A program made the position numbers and the translations under genes. From Thermoleophilaceae bacterium (GTDB lineage: Bacteria; Actinomycetota; Thermoleophilia; Solirubrobacterales; Thermoleophilaceae): DNA of 64,000 bases. The stretch covers positions 6,909 through 70,908 of the forward strand of contig JADGHQ010000005.1 of the NCBI GenBank assembly GCA_019683805.1. The letters run 5' to 3'. This document shows, piece after piece, positions 31,771 through 41,346 of this stretch (its first letter is position 1; every line of letters starts with the position of its first letter). Below the pieces are notes generated by a model. That model had not been told where the DNA came from. It did not search any database and saw only the letters and a program-made list of their open reading frames with translations.

Positions 31771-33695
31771 GAAGCAGGGGCGTCGGCTCGCCCGCGCTGT
31801 TCGGCATCGCGCTGACCTCGGTCGGCTCCGCGATCTACTTCGTGCTCGGGATCGTGGCCGGGAACGCGCTCGGCCTGACGCCGCTGGTCTTCCTCGGCGC
31901 CGGCGTCTTCTTCGTGCTCACGATGATGACCTACGTCGAGGGCAACTCGCTGCACCCCGAGCGCGGCGGCGCGTCCACGTTCGCGCGCTACGCCTTCGAC
32001 GAGCTCTGGAGCTTCATCGCCGGGTGGGCGATCATCCTCGACTACCTGATCGTGATGGCGATGGCCGCCGTCTCGATCTCGAAGTACCTCGCGGGCTTCT
32101 GGGGCGTGGCGGGCGACGAGGGCTCCGAGCTCGCGATCGCGGCCGCCGCGATCGCTTACGTCGCCTGGTGGAACGTGCGGGGGATCTCCTCGGTGAACCT
32201 GCGGTTCCTGCTGCGGCTGGGGCTCCTGAACCTGGCGGTGCTGGCGGCGCTCGTGATCGTCGGCCTCCTGACAACCTCGAGCGACGTCGGGGCGATCGCG
32301 GACTCGATCGACCTCGGCTCCGCGCCGCGCTGGGAGGACGTGATCTTCGCGAGCGCGGTCGCCACCGTGGCGCTCACGGGCATCGAGGCCGCCTCCGGCC
32401 TCGCCAGCGAGATCAGGGTCGGCAGGCGCGAGCTGCGCGAGCTGATCGTCAGCGGCGGGGCGACGGTGCTGGTCGTGCTGGTGGCGGTGTCGGTGGCAGC
32501 GCTCGCGAACGTGCCGGTGGTGGACGGCCACACGGCGCTCTCCGACCGCTACGTCGAGGCGCCGCTCCTCGGCGTCGCCGACGCGCTCGACCCCGCCGGC
32601 GTGAGCGACGCGCTGCGCTACGCGCTCGCCGGCGTCGGCGCGCTCGTGCTGCTCACGGCCGTCAACGGCCAGATGCTCGGCTTCTCCCGCCTCGCCTACT
32701 CCCTCGCCACCAACCGCCAGATCCCGAGCCCGATCGGCAAGCTCCACAAGCGCCACTCGACGCCCTACGTGGCGATCGCGATCGCGTCGGTGGCCGCCTT
32801 CGGCCTCATCCTGAGCAACGACATCCGCTTCCTGGCGGGCCTCTTCGCCTTCGGCGCGATGCTGGCCTTCCTGCTCGCGCACCTGTCGGTGATCGTGCTC
32901 CGCTTCCGCGAGCCCGAGGAGGCGCGCGAGCGGGCGTTCCGGGTGCCGTGGTGCGTGAAGGTCGGCCGCGGATCGGTTCCGATCCCGTCTGCGCTCGGGG
33001 CGCTGATGGCGGGAGCCGGCTGGGTCAGCGTGCTCGTGCTGCACTCGGGCGCCCGCTACGTCGGGTCCGGCTGGCTGCTCGGAGGGCTCGTGCTCTACGT
33101 CGTCTACCGCAAGACGCAGGGGAAGTCGCTCACCCGGCGCTTCACGATTCCCGCCACCGCGCTGCAGGAGCCGCCGGAGGTCGAGTACGGGAGCATCCTC
33201 GTGCCGGTCTTCGGCACGCCTCTCGACGACGACATCGTCGGCACGGCCGGGCGGCTCGCGTCCGAGGAGGGGGAGACCGGCGAGGGGGGCGCCGTGATCG
33301 AGGCGCTCTACGTGCTCGAGGTGCCGATGTCGCTGCCGCTCGACGCGCGCATGCCGGAGGAGCGCGTGAAGGCGGCACGCAAGGCCCTCGCGCGCGCCAA
33401 GGAGGTGGGCGAGGAGTACGAGGGCGTCGAGGTCGCCACGGCGATCGTGCGCGCCCGCTCGCTCGGGGCGGGGATCGTGGAGGAGGCGCGCCGTCGCGGG
33501 GTGGACGTGATCGTGCTCGCGGCGGAGCAGCCCTCGCGGGTGCGCGGGGGCGCCCTGCTCGGCGGCCGCGGAGGCCCGCGCGACAAGGGCGTGGGGGAGA
33601 TGACGCGCTACGTCTTCGAGAAGGCGCCGTGCCGCGTGATCCTCACCGCCGCTCCCGCCGGCGAGGCGGGCACGCGCGCTGGCGTGGCGCCCTAA
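31767..33695 (+). CDS. Second APC-superfamily permease-USP fusion (paralogue of 29673..31559)
   Basis: The GTG at 31767 is chosen just before the conserved N-terminal block (ALFGIALTSVGSAIYFVLG...ERGGASTFA). The C-terminal USP-like domain reads (ILVPV...IVEEARRRGVDVIVL). Confidence 0.8.
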   Translation: MRSRGVGSPALFGIALTSVGSAIYFVLGIVAGNALGLTPLVFLGAGVFFVLTMMTYVEGNSLHPERGGASTFARYAFDELWSFIAGWAIILDYLIVMAMAAVSISKYLAGFWGVAGDEGSELAIAAAAIAYVAWWNVRGISSVNLRFLLRLGLLNLAVLAALVIVGLLTTSSDVGAIADSIDLGSAPRWEDVIFASAVATVALTGIEAASGLASEIRVGRRELRELIVSGGATVLVVLVAVSVAALANVPVVDGHTALSDRYVEAPLLGVADALDPAGVSDALRYALAGVGALVLLTAVNGQMLGFSRLAYSLATNRQIPSPIGKLHKRHSTPYVAIAIASVAAFGLILSNDIRFLAGLFAFGAMLAFLLAHLSVIVLRFREPEEARERAFRVPWCVKVGRGSVPIPSALGALMAGAGWVSVLVLHSGARYVGSGWLLGGLVLYVVYRKTQGKSLTRRFTIPATALQEPPEVEYGSILVPVFGTPLDDDIVGTAGRLASEEGETGEGGAVIEALYVLEVPMSLPLDARMPEERVKAARKALARAKEVGEEYEGVEVATAIVRARSLGAGIVEEARRRGVDVIVLAAEQPSRVRGGALLGGRGGPRDKGVGEMTRYVFEKAPCRVILTAAPAGEAGTRAGVAP

Positions 33696-33755
33696 AGTCG
33701 CGCCGCCCCGCGCAGATGCAGGTTCCGCTCTGACGGCGCTATTGTCCCGATCCAG

Positions 33756-34184
33756 ATGTTCGTCCTGATCGTCGGCTGCGGACGAGTGGGGTCCGCGATC
33801 GCACGCAAGATGCTCGCAGCAGGGCACGAGGTGTCCTGCCTCGACGAGGATCCCGAGGCGATCGCGCTCCTCGAGATCGGCGAGTCAGAGACCTGGGAGG
33901 ATCGCGGCGGCATGTTCACGGTTGGCACGGCGCTTGAGATCGACGCCCTGATCGAGGCCGGGATCGAGCGGGCGGACGCTTTCGTCGCCTCGACCGACGG
34001 AGACAACACGAACCTCGTGATCGCCCAGATCGCGCAGCGCCGCTTCAACATCCCGAAGGTGGTCGTGCGCGTGCTCGACCCGGCGCGCGCCGCGTGGTAT
34101 GAGCGGCAGGGCCTCTCGACGGTCTGTCCCACCCAGAAGGCGATCGAGATGCTCGAGGCCGCCGTCCTAGAGGGCGCCGCGTGA
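33756..34184 (+). CDS. TrkA-N (RCK N-terminal, NAD-binding) domain protein
   Basis: 142 aa with the Rossmann motif LIVGCGRVGSAIA. There is no C-terminal TrkA-C domain. Confidence 0.8.
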   Translation: MFVLIVGCGRVGSAIARKMLAAGHEVSCLDEDPEAIALLEIGESETWEDRGGMFTVGTALEIDALIEAGIERADAFVASTDGDNTNLVIAQIAQRRFNIPKVVVRVLDPARAAWYERQGLSTVCPTQKAIEMLEAAVLEGAA

Positions 34185-34858
34185 CCATGTACATCATCGT
34201 CGTCGGCGCCGGAAAGGTCGGCTGGAACCTCGCGCGAGAGCTAATCGGGAAGGGCAACGAGGTCACGCTCATCGAGTCCGACCGCGTCCGCTACGCGGTC
34301 GTAGAGGAGGAGCTCGAGCACGCCGTCCACTACGGCGACGGCTCCGAGCTCTGGGTGCTCGAGCGCGCCGGGATCGCGCGCGCCGACATGGTCATCGCGG
34401 TCACGGGCGACGACGAGGACAACATCCTGATCTGCCAGGTGGCGCGCGAGAAGTACGGGGTCGAGCGGGTCATCGCCCGCTGCAACAACCCGCGCAACCT
34501 CCCGCACTTCGAGCTGCTCGGGATCAAGCCCGCCGTGTCCGCCACGGACCTGATCCTGCGCCTGATCGAGCACGAGGTTCCCCGCTACGGCTTCCTCCAC
34601 CTGCTCGACCTGCCGCAGGAGCGGCTCGAGATCATCGAGATCGAGGTGCAGGAGGGGTCGCCCGCGGCCGGACGCCAGGTGCAGGAGCTGGGCCTGCCCG
34701 ACGGGTCGCTCGTGATCTCGATCCTCCGGGACGGGACCGGCTTCGTGCCGCTCGCGGACTCGGTGATCGAAGCCGGCGACGAGGTCCTGCTGGTGCTCGA
34801 CACGGGCCTCGAGCAGAAGATCATGGACCGCTTCAGGCCGTCCGTGGAAGCCGCCTGA
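34181..34858 (+). CDS. TrkA-family RCK protein (TrkA-N plus TrkA-C)
   Basis: 225 aa. The start overlaps the upstream stop. IIVVGAGKVGWNLA is present, and the C-terminal TrkA-C-like segment reads (LEIIEIEVQEGSPAAGRQVQEL). Confidence 0.8.
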   Translation: MTMYIIVVGAGKVGWNLARELIGKGNEVTLIESDRVRYAVVEEELEHAVHYGDGSELWVLERAGIARADMVIAVTGDDEDNILICQVAREKYGVERVIARCNNPRNLPHFELLGIKPAVSATDLILRLIEHEVPRYGFLHLLDLPQERLEIIEIEVQEGSPAAGRQVQELGLPDGSLVISILRDGTGFVPLADSVIEAGDEVLLVLDTGLEQKIMDRFRPSVEAA

Positions 34859-34862
34859 TTCG

Positions 34863-36092
34863 GTGCCGGAACGCTCGGTCGAGTACCTGCTCGTGGGAGG
34901 CGGGCTTGCGTCCGCGAACTGCGCGCGCTGGCTGCGCGAGGCGGGCGCCGACGGCTCGATCCTGCTCGTCGGCCGTGAGCCGGACCCGCCGTACAACCGG
35001 CCGCCGCTGACCAAGGGCTACCTGCGCGGGAGCGAGTCGCGCGAGGACGCCCTTTTCCGCCCGAGAGAGTGGTGGCGCGAGCAAGAGGTCGAGCTGCTCA
35101 CGCGCACGAGCGTGATGAGGCTCGACCCCGGCGAGCGCGTGGCAAGGCTCTCGACGGGCGACGAGGTCCGCTTCGGCAAGGCGCTGCTCGCCACCGGCGC
35201 GAACGTGCGCCGGCTAAGGGTCGAGGGCTGCGAGCTCGACGGCATCCACTACGTACGCGCGTTCGGGAACGCGGACGCGATCCGGGAAGAGGCCGAGCAG
35301 GCCGAGCGCGTGGTGATGATCGGCGGCAGCTACATCGGCACCGAGGCGGCCGCCTCGCTCACCGCCCTGGGCAGGCGCTGCGCGATCGTGATGATGGAGG
35401 AGGTGACGCTCGAGCGCCTCTGCGGCAGGGAGGTCGGCGCCTACTTCCAGCGCGTGCTCGAGGAGCACGGCGTCGAGATCCACGGCTGCGAGGAGGTCGA
35501 GCGTTTCGAGGGCTCAGACGGGCGCGTGCGCAGGGTCGTGCTGAAGTCGGGCAAGGAGCTCGAGGCGGACATGGTCGTCGTGGGGGTGGGGGTGACGCCC
35601 GACGTGACGCTCGCCCGCCAGGCCGGGCTCGAGATCGGGGCGAGCGGAGGCGTGCGCTGCGACTCGCGGCTCGAGACCTCGGCGCCCGGGATCTTCGCGG
35701 CGGGCGACGCCTGCGAGTTCGAGAGCGTCGTCCACGGCGCGCGCATGCGGCTCGAGCACTGGGACGTCGCGTTCACGCACGGCAAGGCGGCGGCGCTGAG
35801 CATGCTCGGGAAGGGCGGCCCCTACGAGGAGGTGCCGTACTTCTTCTCCGACCTCGCCGAATGGACCGGGATGGAGTACGTCGGCCCGGGGTCGGGCGAT
35901 CTCGTGGTCCGCGGGTCGCTCGACGACGGCGACTTCACGGCCTTCTACCTCGCCGACGGGCGCGTGACCGCGGCGCTGACCGTGGGCCGCTCGGGCGACC
36001 TCGACCACGCGCGCCGCTTCATCAAGGAGAGGACGCCGGTCGAGCGAGCCGCCCTCGCCGACGAGGACTCGGACCTGGCGGATCTGCAATGA
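34863..36092 (+). CDS. FAD/NAD(P)-dependent pyridine nucleotide-disulfide oxidoreductase (ferredoxin-reductase-like)
   Basis: 409 aa with two dinucleotide folds (YLLVGGGLASANCA and VVMIGGSYIGTEAA) and an AAGD motif. Confidence 0.8.
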   Translation: MPERSVEYLLVGGGLASANCARWLREAGADGSILLVGREPDPPYNRPPLTKGYLRGSESREDALFRPREWWREQEVELLTRTSVMRLDPGERVARLSTGDEVRFGKALLATGANVRRLRVEGCELDGIHYVRAFGNADAIREEAEQAERVVMIGGSYIGTEAAASLTALGRRCAIVMMEEVTLERLCGREVGAYFQRVLEEHGVEIHGCEEVERFEGSDGRVRRVVLKSGKELEADMVVVGVGVTPDVTLARQAGLEIGASGGVRCDSRLETSAPGIFAAGDACEFESVVHGARMRLEHWDVAFTHGKAAALSMLGKGGPYEEVPYFFSDLAEWTGMEYVGPGSGDLVVRGSLDDGDFTAFYLADGRVTAALTVGRSGDLDHARRFIKERTPVERAALADEDSDLADLQ

Positions 36093-36116
36093 AACCCCTG
36101 CAAATCGAGGGGTTTC
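36091..36116. terminator. Bidirectional intrinsic terminator (9-bp stem GAAACCCCT/AGGGGTTTC)
   Basis: The stem starts inside the oxidoreductase stop codon. T-rich runs flank it on both strands. On the minus strand it lies immediately 3' of tRNA-Gln. Confidence 0.65.
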
Positions 36117-36118
36117 TA

Positions 36119-36189
36119 CTGCGGGACTAGGACTCGAACCTAGACTACCTGGTCCAGAGCCAGGCGGGCTACCATTACCCCATCCCGCA
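36119..36189 (-). tRNA. tRNA-Gln (anticodon CTG)
   Basis: The manual cloverleaf has acceptor TGCGGGA/TCCCGCA (U1:A72), D stem GGGT/GCCC and anticodon stem CCTGG/CCAGG with loop CTCTGGA. The T arm is CTAGG-TTCGAGT-CCTAG and the discriminator is G. No CCA is encoded. Confidence 0.9.
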
Positions 36190-36252
36190 AGGGGTGCCGA
36201 GTATAGCCGTCGGCCCCGCGCGCGGTCCCGTGCGCCCAGCGGGCGCCCGGCC

Positions 36253-38049
36253 TCACGCGGCCGCCTGCTCCGCCCAGTCGCGGTAGAGCCGGGCGTAGGC
36301 GCCGTTCGCGTCGAGCAGCTCCTCGTGCGTGCCCTGCTCGACGATCCGCCCGCCCTCCAGCACGAGGATGCGCCCCGCGTTGCGGATCGTGGAGAGCCGG
36401 TGCGCGATCACGAACGCCGTGCGCCCGGCGAGCAGCCGGCGCAGCCCGCGCTCGATGCGGGCCTCGGTGTGCACGTCCACGTTCGAGGTCGCCTCGTCGA
36501 GGATGAGGATGCGAGGGCCGACCGCCGCCGCCCGCGCGAACGCCACGAGCTGGCGCTGCCCCGCCGAGAGGTGGCCGCCGCGCTCGCCGACCTCGGTTAG
36601 GTAGCCGTCCGGGAGCTGCTCGATGAACTCGTCGGCGCCCACCGCGTGCGCCGCGGCGCGCACGTCCTCGTCGGTCGCGTCCTGAAGCCCGAAGGCGATG
36701 TTGTCGCGGATCGTGCCGGAGAACAGGAACCCCTCCTGCGGCACTACGCCGAGCTGGCGCCGCAGCGAGCGCTCGCGCACGTCGCGCAGGTCGTGCCCGT
36801 CGATCAGTATGCGCCCCTTCGTCGGGTCGTAGAAGCGCGCGACGAGCTTCGCGAAGGTCGACTTGCCCGCGCCGGTGGCGCCCACGAGCGCCACGGTCTG
36901 GCCGGGCGGAACCACGAGGTCGATGTCGCGCAGCGCGTAGTCGCCGTCCTCGCCCGCGTAGCTGAAGGAGACCCCCTCGAAGCGCACCTCGCCGCGCACC
37001 TCCGGCAGGTCGATAGCGTCCGGCCCGTCCTCGAGCTCTGGCCGCTCGTCGAGCAGCTCGAAGATCTTGTCGAGCGCCGCCATGCCCGCCTGGTAGGTCG
37101 TGTAGAGCTGCGAGAGCTGCTGGATCGGGTCGAAGAAGCTGTTCAGGTAGAAGACGAACGACGCGAGCACCCCGATCGTGACGTCGCCGCCCGTCAGCAC
37201 CTGGTGGCCGCCGTAGAGCAGGATCACGGCGGTCGCCACGGCGGACAGGAACTCGACGCCCGGGAAGTAGGCGGCGTTGAGGTAGACGGTCTTCATGTTC
37301 GCCGCGCGGTTCTCCTCGTTCAGCTCGGCGAACCGCTCGAGGTGGCGCTGCTCCTGCCCGAACGCGCGCACGACGCGGATGCCCGACAGCGTCTCCTGCA
37401 GGTACGCCGTCACATAGGCGATCTTCTCGCGGGTGCGCCTGTAGGCCTCCGCCGAGACGATGCGGAAGACGATCGACCCGATGCCGAGGATCGGGAAGGT
37501 GACGAACGTGATCAGCGCGAGCTTCCAGTCGAGCACGAACAGGATCGCCGCGGTGCCGACCAGCGTCAGCGAGGAGGAGAAGAGCGTGACCACGCCGTCG
37601 GTGACGAGCTGGTCGAGCGCCTCGACGTCGTTGGTGATCCGCGAGATCACGACGCCCGCCTTGTTGCGCTCGTAGAAGCCGACCGAGAGCCGCTGCAGGT
37701 GGGTGAAGAGCTTGAGCCGGAGATCGACGAGCGCGCGCTCGCCGACCCAGTTCACGAGGTAGGTCTGGAGGTAGCTCGCGCTCCAGTTCACGAGCGCGCT
37801 CGCGAGGAACGCGATCACGATCCAGTCGAGCGCGCCGAGGTCGCCGCGCTTGATGGCGGCGTCGATCGCGCGGCCCGCGAGGTACGGCGGCGCGAGCGCG
37901 GCTGCCGTCGCCGCCAGCAGCGCGACGAGCATGACGATCACGCGCAGGCGGTAGGGGCGCAGCAGCTCGAGCAGCCCGCGCAGCTTGCGCGAGCGCTGCA
38001 GCTCCTTGCGCTGCAAAAGCGACCACCAGCGGAGGGCCCGCGCGCGCAT
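36253..38049 (-). CDS. ABC exporter, fused permease/ATPase (second half of a heterodimer)
   Basis: The ATG at 38049 overlaps the upstream stop (ATGA). A six-TM domain precedes the NBD with GATGAGKST, LSAGQRQ and ILILDEATS. Confidence 0.88.
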   Translation of the reverse strand: MRARALRWWSLLQRKELQRSRKLRGLLELLRPYRLRVIVMLVALLAATAAALAPPYLAGRAIDAAIKRGDLGALDWIVIAFLASALVNWSASYLQTYLVNWVGERALVDLRLKLFTHLQRLSVGFYERNKAGVVISRITNDVEALDQLVTDGVVTLFSSSLTLVGTAAILFVLDWKLALITFVTFPILGIGSIVFRIVSAEAYRRTREKIAYVTAYLQETLSGIRVVRAFGQEQRHLERFAELNEENRAANMKTVYLNAAYFPGVEFLSAVATAVILLYGGHQVLTGGDVTIGVLASFVFYLNSFFDPIQQLSQLYTTYQAGMAALDKIFELLDERPELEDGPDAIDLPEVRGEVRFEGVSFSYAGEDGDYALRDIDLVVPPGQTVALVGATGAGKSTFAKLVARFYDPTKGRILIDGHDLRDVRERSLRRQLGVVPQEGFLFSGTIRDNIAFGLQDATDEDVRAAAHAVGADEFIEQLPDGYLTEVGERGGHLSAGQRQLVAFARAAAVGPRILILDEATSNVDVHTEARIERGLRRLLAGRTAFVIAHRLSTIRNAGRILVLEGGRIVEQGTHEELLDANGAYARLYRDWAEQAAA

Positions 38050-39812
38050 CAGAGCGCCGCCTCCCGCTCGGGCGGGTTGCGCGTCAGGAACACCTGGTCG
38101 GGCAGCCCCTTCTCGGCGATCTCGCGGTAGAGCTCGGAGCGCTCGAGCAACTCCTCGTGCGTGCCGCGCGCCGTCACCCGGCCGCGCTCGAGCACCACGA
38201 TCTCGTCCGCGAGCGCGATCGTCGACAGCCGGTGGGCGATGATGAACGTCGTCCTGTCCTCCATCAGCTCGCCGAGCGCGCGCGCGATGCGGCTCTCGGT
38301 GGTGGCGTCGACGCTCGAGGTGGCGTCGTCGAGGATCAGGATGCGCGGGCTGCGCAGCAGCGCCCGGGCGATCGCGATCCGCTGGCGCTGGCCGCCGGAG
38401 AGCGTGTAGCCGCGCTCGCCGATCACCGTGTCGTAGCCCTGAGGCAGCTCGGCGATGAACTCGTCCGCTCCCGCCCGGCGCGCCGCCGCGCGCACCTCGG
38501 CGTCGGTCGCGTCCGGGCGCGCGTAGGCGATGTTCGCGCGCACGGTGTCGGAGAACAGGAAGGGGTCGTCGGAGACGAACGCCACCTCCCGGCGGAGCGC
38601 CGTCGCGTCGACGTCGCGCACGTCCACGCCGTCGACGAGAAGCGCGCCCGAGCTGACGTCGTAGAGGCGCGGCAGCAGCATCACGAGCGTGCTCTTGCCC
38701 GAGCCGGTCGGGCCCACGAGCGCCACCCTGCGCCCGGCCTCCACGGTGAGGTCGATCCCGCGCAGGACCGGCTCGCGCGCCCCCGGATAGGCGAAGCTCA
38801 CCCCGCGCAGCTCGACGCGCCCGCCGCCGGCCGGCAGCGGGGCCGCGTCGGGCTTCGAGCGCAGGCGCGGCTCGCGGTCGAGCACCTCGAACACGCGCGC
38901 GCCCGAGGCCACGGCGCGCTGCGACATGCCGAGCGCCACGCCGAGCATCCGCATCGGGCCGGTGAGCATCGCGACGTAGCCGTAGAACGCCACGAACTCG
39001 CCGACGGTGATCGTGCCGTGGATCGCCTGGCGCCCGCCGACGAGCAGCAGCGCGGCGAGCCCGAGCTGGGGCAGGAAGCCGATGAAGGGGTTGTAGAAGG
39101 CGCGCAGGCGCGTCGAGACCATCGACTGCTCGAACACGCGCACCGCCTGGCGCGAGAAGCGTGCGAGCTGGCGCTCCTCCTGGGCGAAGGCCTTGACGAC
39201 GCGGATGCCGGAGATGTTCTCCTCCGCCTCCGCGGTCAGCTCGGCGATGCGCTGCTGGACCTCCTGCGACGCCGGCCTGTTCCTGCGCCCGTAGCTGTAC
39301 GCAACCCACACGACGACAGGGGTGGGGGCGAGGGTGATCGCCGCAAGCCCGGGGTTGACGGCGAACATCACGCTCGCCGCCACGAGGATCGAGATCAGCG
39401 ACTGGACGATGAAGACGAGGCCGTAGCCGAGGAAGAAGCGCACCGACTGCAGGTCCACGGTCGAACGCGACATGAGCTGGCCGATCTGCTGCTCGTCGAA
39501 GAACGCGAGCTCGAGCGCCTGCAGGTGCTCGTACATCCGGTTGCGCAGGTCGAACTCCACGCCGAGCGACACGCGGCCCGCCACGAGACGGCGGAGCACC
39601 GACAGCACGAGCCGGCCGAGGCCGGCCGCGACGATCGTGACGATCAGCGGCCAGAAGCGGTGGTTGCCGTTGCGGATCTCGTCGACGGCGCGGCCGGTGA
39701 GGAACGGGATCAGCACGCCGACGCCCATCGCTCCGGCAGCGAGCGCGAGCGAGACGATCACGCCCGTCCGGTACGGGCGCAGGAAGCCGAGCAGGCGTAC
39801 GAAGGTCCTCAC
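38049..39812 (-). CDS. ABC exporter, fused permease/ATPase (first half of a heterodimer)
   Basis: 587 aa. A TM domain precedes the NBD with GPTGSGKST, LSGGQRQR and ILILDDATS. Confidence 0.88.
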   Translation of the reverse strand: MRTFVRLLGFLRPYRTGVIVSLALAAGAMGVGVLIPFLTGRAVDEIRNGNHRFWPLIVTIVAAGLGRLVLSVLRRLVAGRVSLGVEFDLRNRMYEHLQALELAFFDEQQIGQLMSRSTVDLQSVRFFLGYGLVFIVQSLISILVAASVMFAVNPGLAAITLAPTPVVVWVAYSYGRRNRPASQEVQQRIAELTAEAEENISGIRVVKAFAQEERQLARFSRQAVRVFEQSMVSTRLRAFYNPFIGFLPQLGLAALLLVGGRQAIHGTITVGEFVAFYGYVAMLTGPMRMLGVALGMSQRAVASGARVFEVLDREPRLRSKPDAAPLPAGGGRVELRGVSFAYPGAREPVLRGIDLTVEAGRRVALVGPTGSGKSTLVMLLPRLYDVSSGALLVDGVDVRDVDATALRREVAFVSDDPFLFSDTVRANIAYARPDATDAEVRAAARRAGADEFIAELPQGYDTVIGERGYTLSGGQRQRIAIARALLRSPRILILDDATSSVDATTESRIARALGELMEDRTTFIIAHRLSTIALADEIVVLERGRVTARGTHEELLERSELYREIAEKGLPDQVFLTRNPPEREAAL

Positions 39813-39831
39813 GCCCGCATAGAGTACTTCA

Positions 39832-39868
39832 CTAAGTAAAGCGGCCCGCCGGGCCGGCCCGGCGGGCC
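39832..39868 (-). terminator. Intrinsic terminator after the PPOX-family gene
   Basis: An 11-bp GC stem (GGCCCGCCGGG/CCCGGCGGGCC) is followed on the minus strand by GCTTTACTT. Confidence 0.55.
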
Positions 39869-39872
39869 CCGC

Positions 39873-40271
39873 TCAGCCGCCGCGGTGTATCACCCGCTCG
39901 GGCACGACCTTGAAGATCACGCGCGTCTCGTCCGGCGGGCCGGGGTAGTTCGGGTTGCCCGTGTACTTCTCGGAGAGCTTGTCGATGTGGTCGCGCGCGC
40001 CCGCCTCGGTGCGCTCGGCCACCCGCCCGCGAACCTGCACGTATTCGTACGGGTTGTCCATGTTCACCACGGTCACCGTCACGCGCGGGTCGCGCTCGAG
40101 GTTGGTGGGCCATGTGCGGCCCGCGGCCGTGTTGAGCAGGACATGCTCGCCGTCGGTGTCGACCCACGTCACGACCACGTGCGGGGTGCCGTCCCCCGAC
40201 AGGCTCGCCACCGCAGCGAAGTTCTTCCCCTCGATCAGCTCGCGGGCCCGCCCTGCGATCTTCTCTGCCAT
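39873..40271 (-). CDS. Pyridoxamine 5'-phosphate oxidase-family (PPOX class, probably F420/FMN-binding) protein
   Basis: An ATG at 40271 gives 132 aa. The sequence NFAAVASL..DGTPHV...W......V..NT......K..NL.RDPRV is typical of the split-barrel PPOX family. Confidence 0.7.
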   Translation of the reverse strand: MAEKIAGRARELIEGKNFAAVASLSGDGTPHVVVTWVDTDGEHVLLNTAAGRTWPTNLERDPRVTVTVVNMDNPYEYVQVRGRVAERTEAGARDHIDKLSEKYTGNPNYPGPPDETRVIFKVVPERVIHRGG

Positions 40272-40299
40272 GGCTCGAAGATAGCGGCCCGCGCGGCCT

Positions 40300-41346
40300 T
40301 CAGGCGTGGGGCGAGGAGACCCTGAGCCCGCCGCGCTCGATCCCCGGCGCGCTCGCCCGGAAAGCCGGGACAAGCTCGCTGGTCACGAGGCCGGTCTCCC
40401 GTGTCAGCTCGTCCACGACGGCGAGCCAGCGGCGCGCTCGCTCGGGCTCGTCCACGGCCACGGTCACGACGGGCAGGTGGCGCCGCAGCGAGAGCAGCCG
40501 CTCGCCGTGCGGCTCGTGGTCTCCGTGGTATCCCCACACGCCGCGCAGGGCGGTGGCCCCGGCGGCGCCCTCGGCCCGCAGCCTGCGCACCAGCTCGGCG
40601 TACAGCGGCCGGCGCCCGGCTCGCGCCTGCTCGCTCGCGTACACGGAGACCTTCTGCCAGACGGCGAGCCCCGAGGGATCCGCCGGGGGCACCGAGGGCG
40701 CCTCCGCGAGCCGCGTGCCGTCGCGCCTCAGCACGCGCACGCGCTCGAGCGTGGCGAGCGGCGGGCCGGCCACGCGCGCGACCTCCGCGAGCGCCGCGGC
40801 GATGCGCTCGCCGTCGCCGACCGAGACCACCATCGCGGGCACCTGCGCGTTGCGCCCGACGAAGCGCGCCCGTCGACGCTTGCCGCGCACCGTCCCGTCC
40901 ACGCCGAGGAGCGCGGTGGCGCCAGCGACACCGTGGCGCCTCAGCAGCTCCACCACCGCCCGCGGGCCCGGACGGCTTCCGCGGCCGAGGTAGAGCGTGA
41001 GCTTCGCCTGCTCGCCGGCGGGGAGCTCGAGCGGCGCCGCCGCGCGGGCGCGCTCGAGGGTGACGAGGCCGTGCCCGCAGACGGCCGAGACCTCCGGCAG
41101 GAGCGCCTCGATCCGCTCGCGCTCGTCCACGGCGACCGACACGAGCGGCAGGTCCTCCGACAGCGTCAGCAGGCGCTGCGTCTGCAGCTGGTGGCGGATG
41201 CCGAAGCCCTCGGTGCCGCGCAGCAGCACGCTCGCCGCGACGCGCGCGCGGGCATAGACGCCGATCAACTCGTCGGCGAGGAAGCCCCCGCCCGCCCGGT
41301 CGCGCTCGCCGAAGTAGACGGTCAGCTTGAGCAGCTCGCCGGTCAC
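40300..41346 (-). CDS. Triple-repeat DUF190 (PII/GlnB-like, crcB-associated) protein
   Basis: The GTG at 41346 overlaps the crcB stop. There are three tandem repeats of about 105-125 aa, each with the DUF190 layout (see finding). Confidence 0.7.
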   Translation of the reverse strand: MTGELLKLTVYFGERDRAGGGFLADELIGVYARARVAASVLLRGTEGFGIRHQLQTQRLLTLSEDLPLVSVAVDERERIEALLPEVSAVCGHGLVTLERARAAAPLELPAGEQAKLTLYLGRGSRPGPRAVVELLRRHGVAGATALLGVDGTVRGKRRRARFVGRNAQVPAMVVSVGDGERIAAALAEVARVAGPPLATLERVRVLRRDGTRLAEAPSVPPADPSGLAVWQKVSVYASEQARAGRRPLYAELVRRLRAEGAAGATALRGVWGYHGDHEPHGERLLSLRRHLPVVTVAVDEPERARRWLAVVDELTRETGLVTSELVPAFRASAPGIERGGLRVSSPHA

